A stretch of DNA of 64,000 nucleotides from Amoebophrya sp. A120. Lineage: Eukaryota; Protista; Dinoflagellata. Numbering within the stretch: the stretch's first letter is position 1; every line of letters starts with the position of its first letter. The notes below the pieces were generated by a model. It was not told the origin of the DNA, did no database searches, and saw only the letters and a list, made by a program, of their open reading frames with translations. This document shows, one piece after another, positions 62,143 to 64,000 of the stretch. The stretch covers positions 543,643 to 607,642 of the forward strand of contig CAJINV010000001.1 in assembly GCA_905178155.1 (NCBI GenBank). The letters are read 5' to 3'. A program made the translations under genes and the position numbers.

Positions 62143-63915
62143 ATGAAAAAAATGGGGCGCCGCGCGATGGACAAGACGCGCAGCAAAAAAGCTGCGTGCA
62201 ATCCACCTTCCGGAAAAAAAAGACCTCCGGCTGCGAAGATGAAGCAGACCGCCCCAACTAAACAAGTCGCGAAAGCACAATGCGCTCCCAAAACCAGAAC
62301 TAGCGAGCAAACAAAACCCGGCGCGGCCGCAAAAGTCGTTTCCGACGATCGGTTCGTGCGTGCGATGAAGGAGATTCCCAAGGGGGAAGTTTGGTCCTTT
62401 CAGGAGTTGGCCGTGGCCGCCGAGCGCCAGGGACAGGGTGGCATGATGCGGGCGAGCAGCGTCGCGCACAGTATTGTGTCCACCGCGCGGAATATTCCTT
62501 GGTGGCGGGTCGTGTACAAGCCCAAGACGGGGAAGGCCCTGCGCGGGTACTTGCAGAAGGGGAGCAGCCGCGCCACCGTCCAGGCGCAGCTGTTGCAGGC
62601 GGAGAAGGTGGATGTCAATAAAGAGTGGGTGGAGAAGCCGTTGGCCCCGGACGACCAGCTGACGCTGCGGGCCAAGGACTTGAAGGCACTGAAAGGCAGA
62701 AGTAGCTCTATCACTACTTTATCCGGTAGTTCAAGAAGTAAATCTTCCGCGTTTTCTTCCCTGTTCAACGATTGGGAAATGCGCGTGGACAAAATTGCCA
62801 CGACCATCGCGGAAAAACTCGGACGCGAAGGGATTTTTGCGACGACGAAAAGCAGTGTCAAAGCGGGAGCTCCTGCGCCGCAGGGTAGTAGTACACATAG
62901 GGCACTGTCTTCCACCAGCGCAGTATCATCTTCTTCCTCTTCGGACTGGGAGCCCATTCGGGTGGGAAATGTTTTCAGCGCAGAGGAAGTCGGTGCCATT
63001 CTCGATTGGGCCGCCGAGGATGTTTATCACCACCGAACCGTGCGCCTCGAGAAGCACAACTTTGGCAAGGGCGTTTACCACTACTTGGCGGAGTCCGCAT
63101 TTGTCAAAGACGCGAAACACAACTACGTAGGCAGCTCCTTGAGCCTCTTCCGCGAGCGTTTGTTTGAGACCCTGCTGCCCTTCGCAGCGAGGCTGTCGAG
63201 TGGTTCTAGCACCGAACTGAAGCAGCTCGCGGGCAATTCTAGTACTTGTGCGGGGATGAAAAAACAACACGCAGGCACAACAAGCGCTTCGTCTACTACG
63301 GCTCTATCCCCCTTGAAGAAATTCCACCGGCTTTGCGAAAAAAAGGGGCAGGCGCGGCCGAGCTCGCTGATTTTGTACTACCGGGCGGGGGGCGTCAACT
63401 TCGCGCACCGAGACCTTTTATCAAGTGCAAAAATGTCTGGGTCTGGAAGAAAGGAAGGCTTGTCATGCTTGTCTGGCCTGACCCATGGTGCTTGTAATGC
63501 ATGACCCAGCATCACAGATTTTTGGAAAGCTTCCTGATGCCATTTCCGCATGACAAATGCCCTCCTCGCGTAGCACAAATGTGGCTCCTCTTGCAGGTCA
63601 TGCAATACAGATTTTTTTAGAGTTCAAAGTTAGCATCAGAAGTTCCAACTTTCCAGACCCAGACATTTTTGCATTTGATACCTTTTCGGCAGCATTGCGT
63701 TTCCGTTCCAGGTGTTGGCGCTGCTCTCCAGTCCGAAGGACGATTTCGAGGGGGGCCAGTTCTTCACCAAAACTGCCAAGGGGGTGTGCACCACCCACGA
63801 ACTGCAGATGGGGGATGTGCTGGTCTTCGACCCGATTAAGGTCACGCACGGCATGACCAAAATCACAAAGGGGCGGCGGGCAGTCTTCGGCTTTGTGTTT
63901 CACTTGGCGAAGTAA
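62143..63915 (+). CDS. Alkyltransferase-like (ATL) domain fused to 2OG-Fe(II) oxygenase (Oxygenase-NA-like)
   Basis: EIPKGEVWSFQELA...IPWWRVV, then HNFGKGVYHY, RPSSLILYY...HRDL|FGSIAFPFQV, DFEGGQF and HGMTKITKGRR. Confidence 0.8.
63419..63680. mobile_element. Introner-like TIR element, family A, in a + strand gene
   Basis: Repeat CCTTT; removal gives HRDL|FGSI. Confidence 0.92.
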
Positions 63916-64000
63916 GCAGTGGGGGGACTCGATGGGGTTTCGAAACGGCAAAGGTTTAGGAAAAATACGAGCGCAGACTGCTTTTCAGTTCGCCTGATCC

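Noticed and set aside
6017-63680. Recurrent peptides in the ORF track (IKCKSVWVWK, FQTQTFLHLI, NAKMSGSGR, PDPDIFAFD)
   Set aside because: They are translations of the family A TIR in different frames, not a protein repeat.

Overview
Gene-dense eukaryotic (protist) DNA, most consistent with an Amoebophrya-like syndinian dinoflagellate. That taxonomy is inferred from the intron style, not proven. Positions 1-50.5 kb are a unidirectional cluster of about 12 minus-strand genes: enkurin, V-ATPase subunit e, dual-specificity phosphatase, HSL-family hydrolase, a membrane protein, a multi-EF-hand protein, centrin, a mitochondrial-type carrier, hypothetical proteins, a TTLL ligase and HBS1. Ordinary GT-AG introns coexist with 30 short elements bounded by terminal inverted repeats (TIRs), mostly 149-321 bp. 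Of these, 28 have TAT...(A/G)TA ends and a 5-bp direct repeat. For the 26 inside coding sequence, removing the element plus one repeat copy restores the reading frame, yet no GT-AG pair is available, so they look like non-canonical introner-type introns. At 51.7-60.3 kb lies a tyrosine-recombinase (YR) retrotransposon with an unusual layout: YR first, then an intron-containing gag-like gene, then RT/RNase H, with split direct repeats whose junction copy precedes the ORFs. The last gene (+ strand) fuses an alkyltransferase-like domain to a 2OG-Fe(II) oxygenase. All coordinates and alignments were read by eye, and exon models are approximate.
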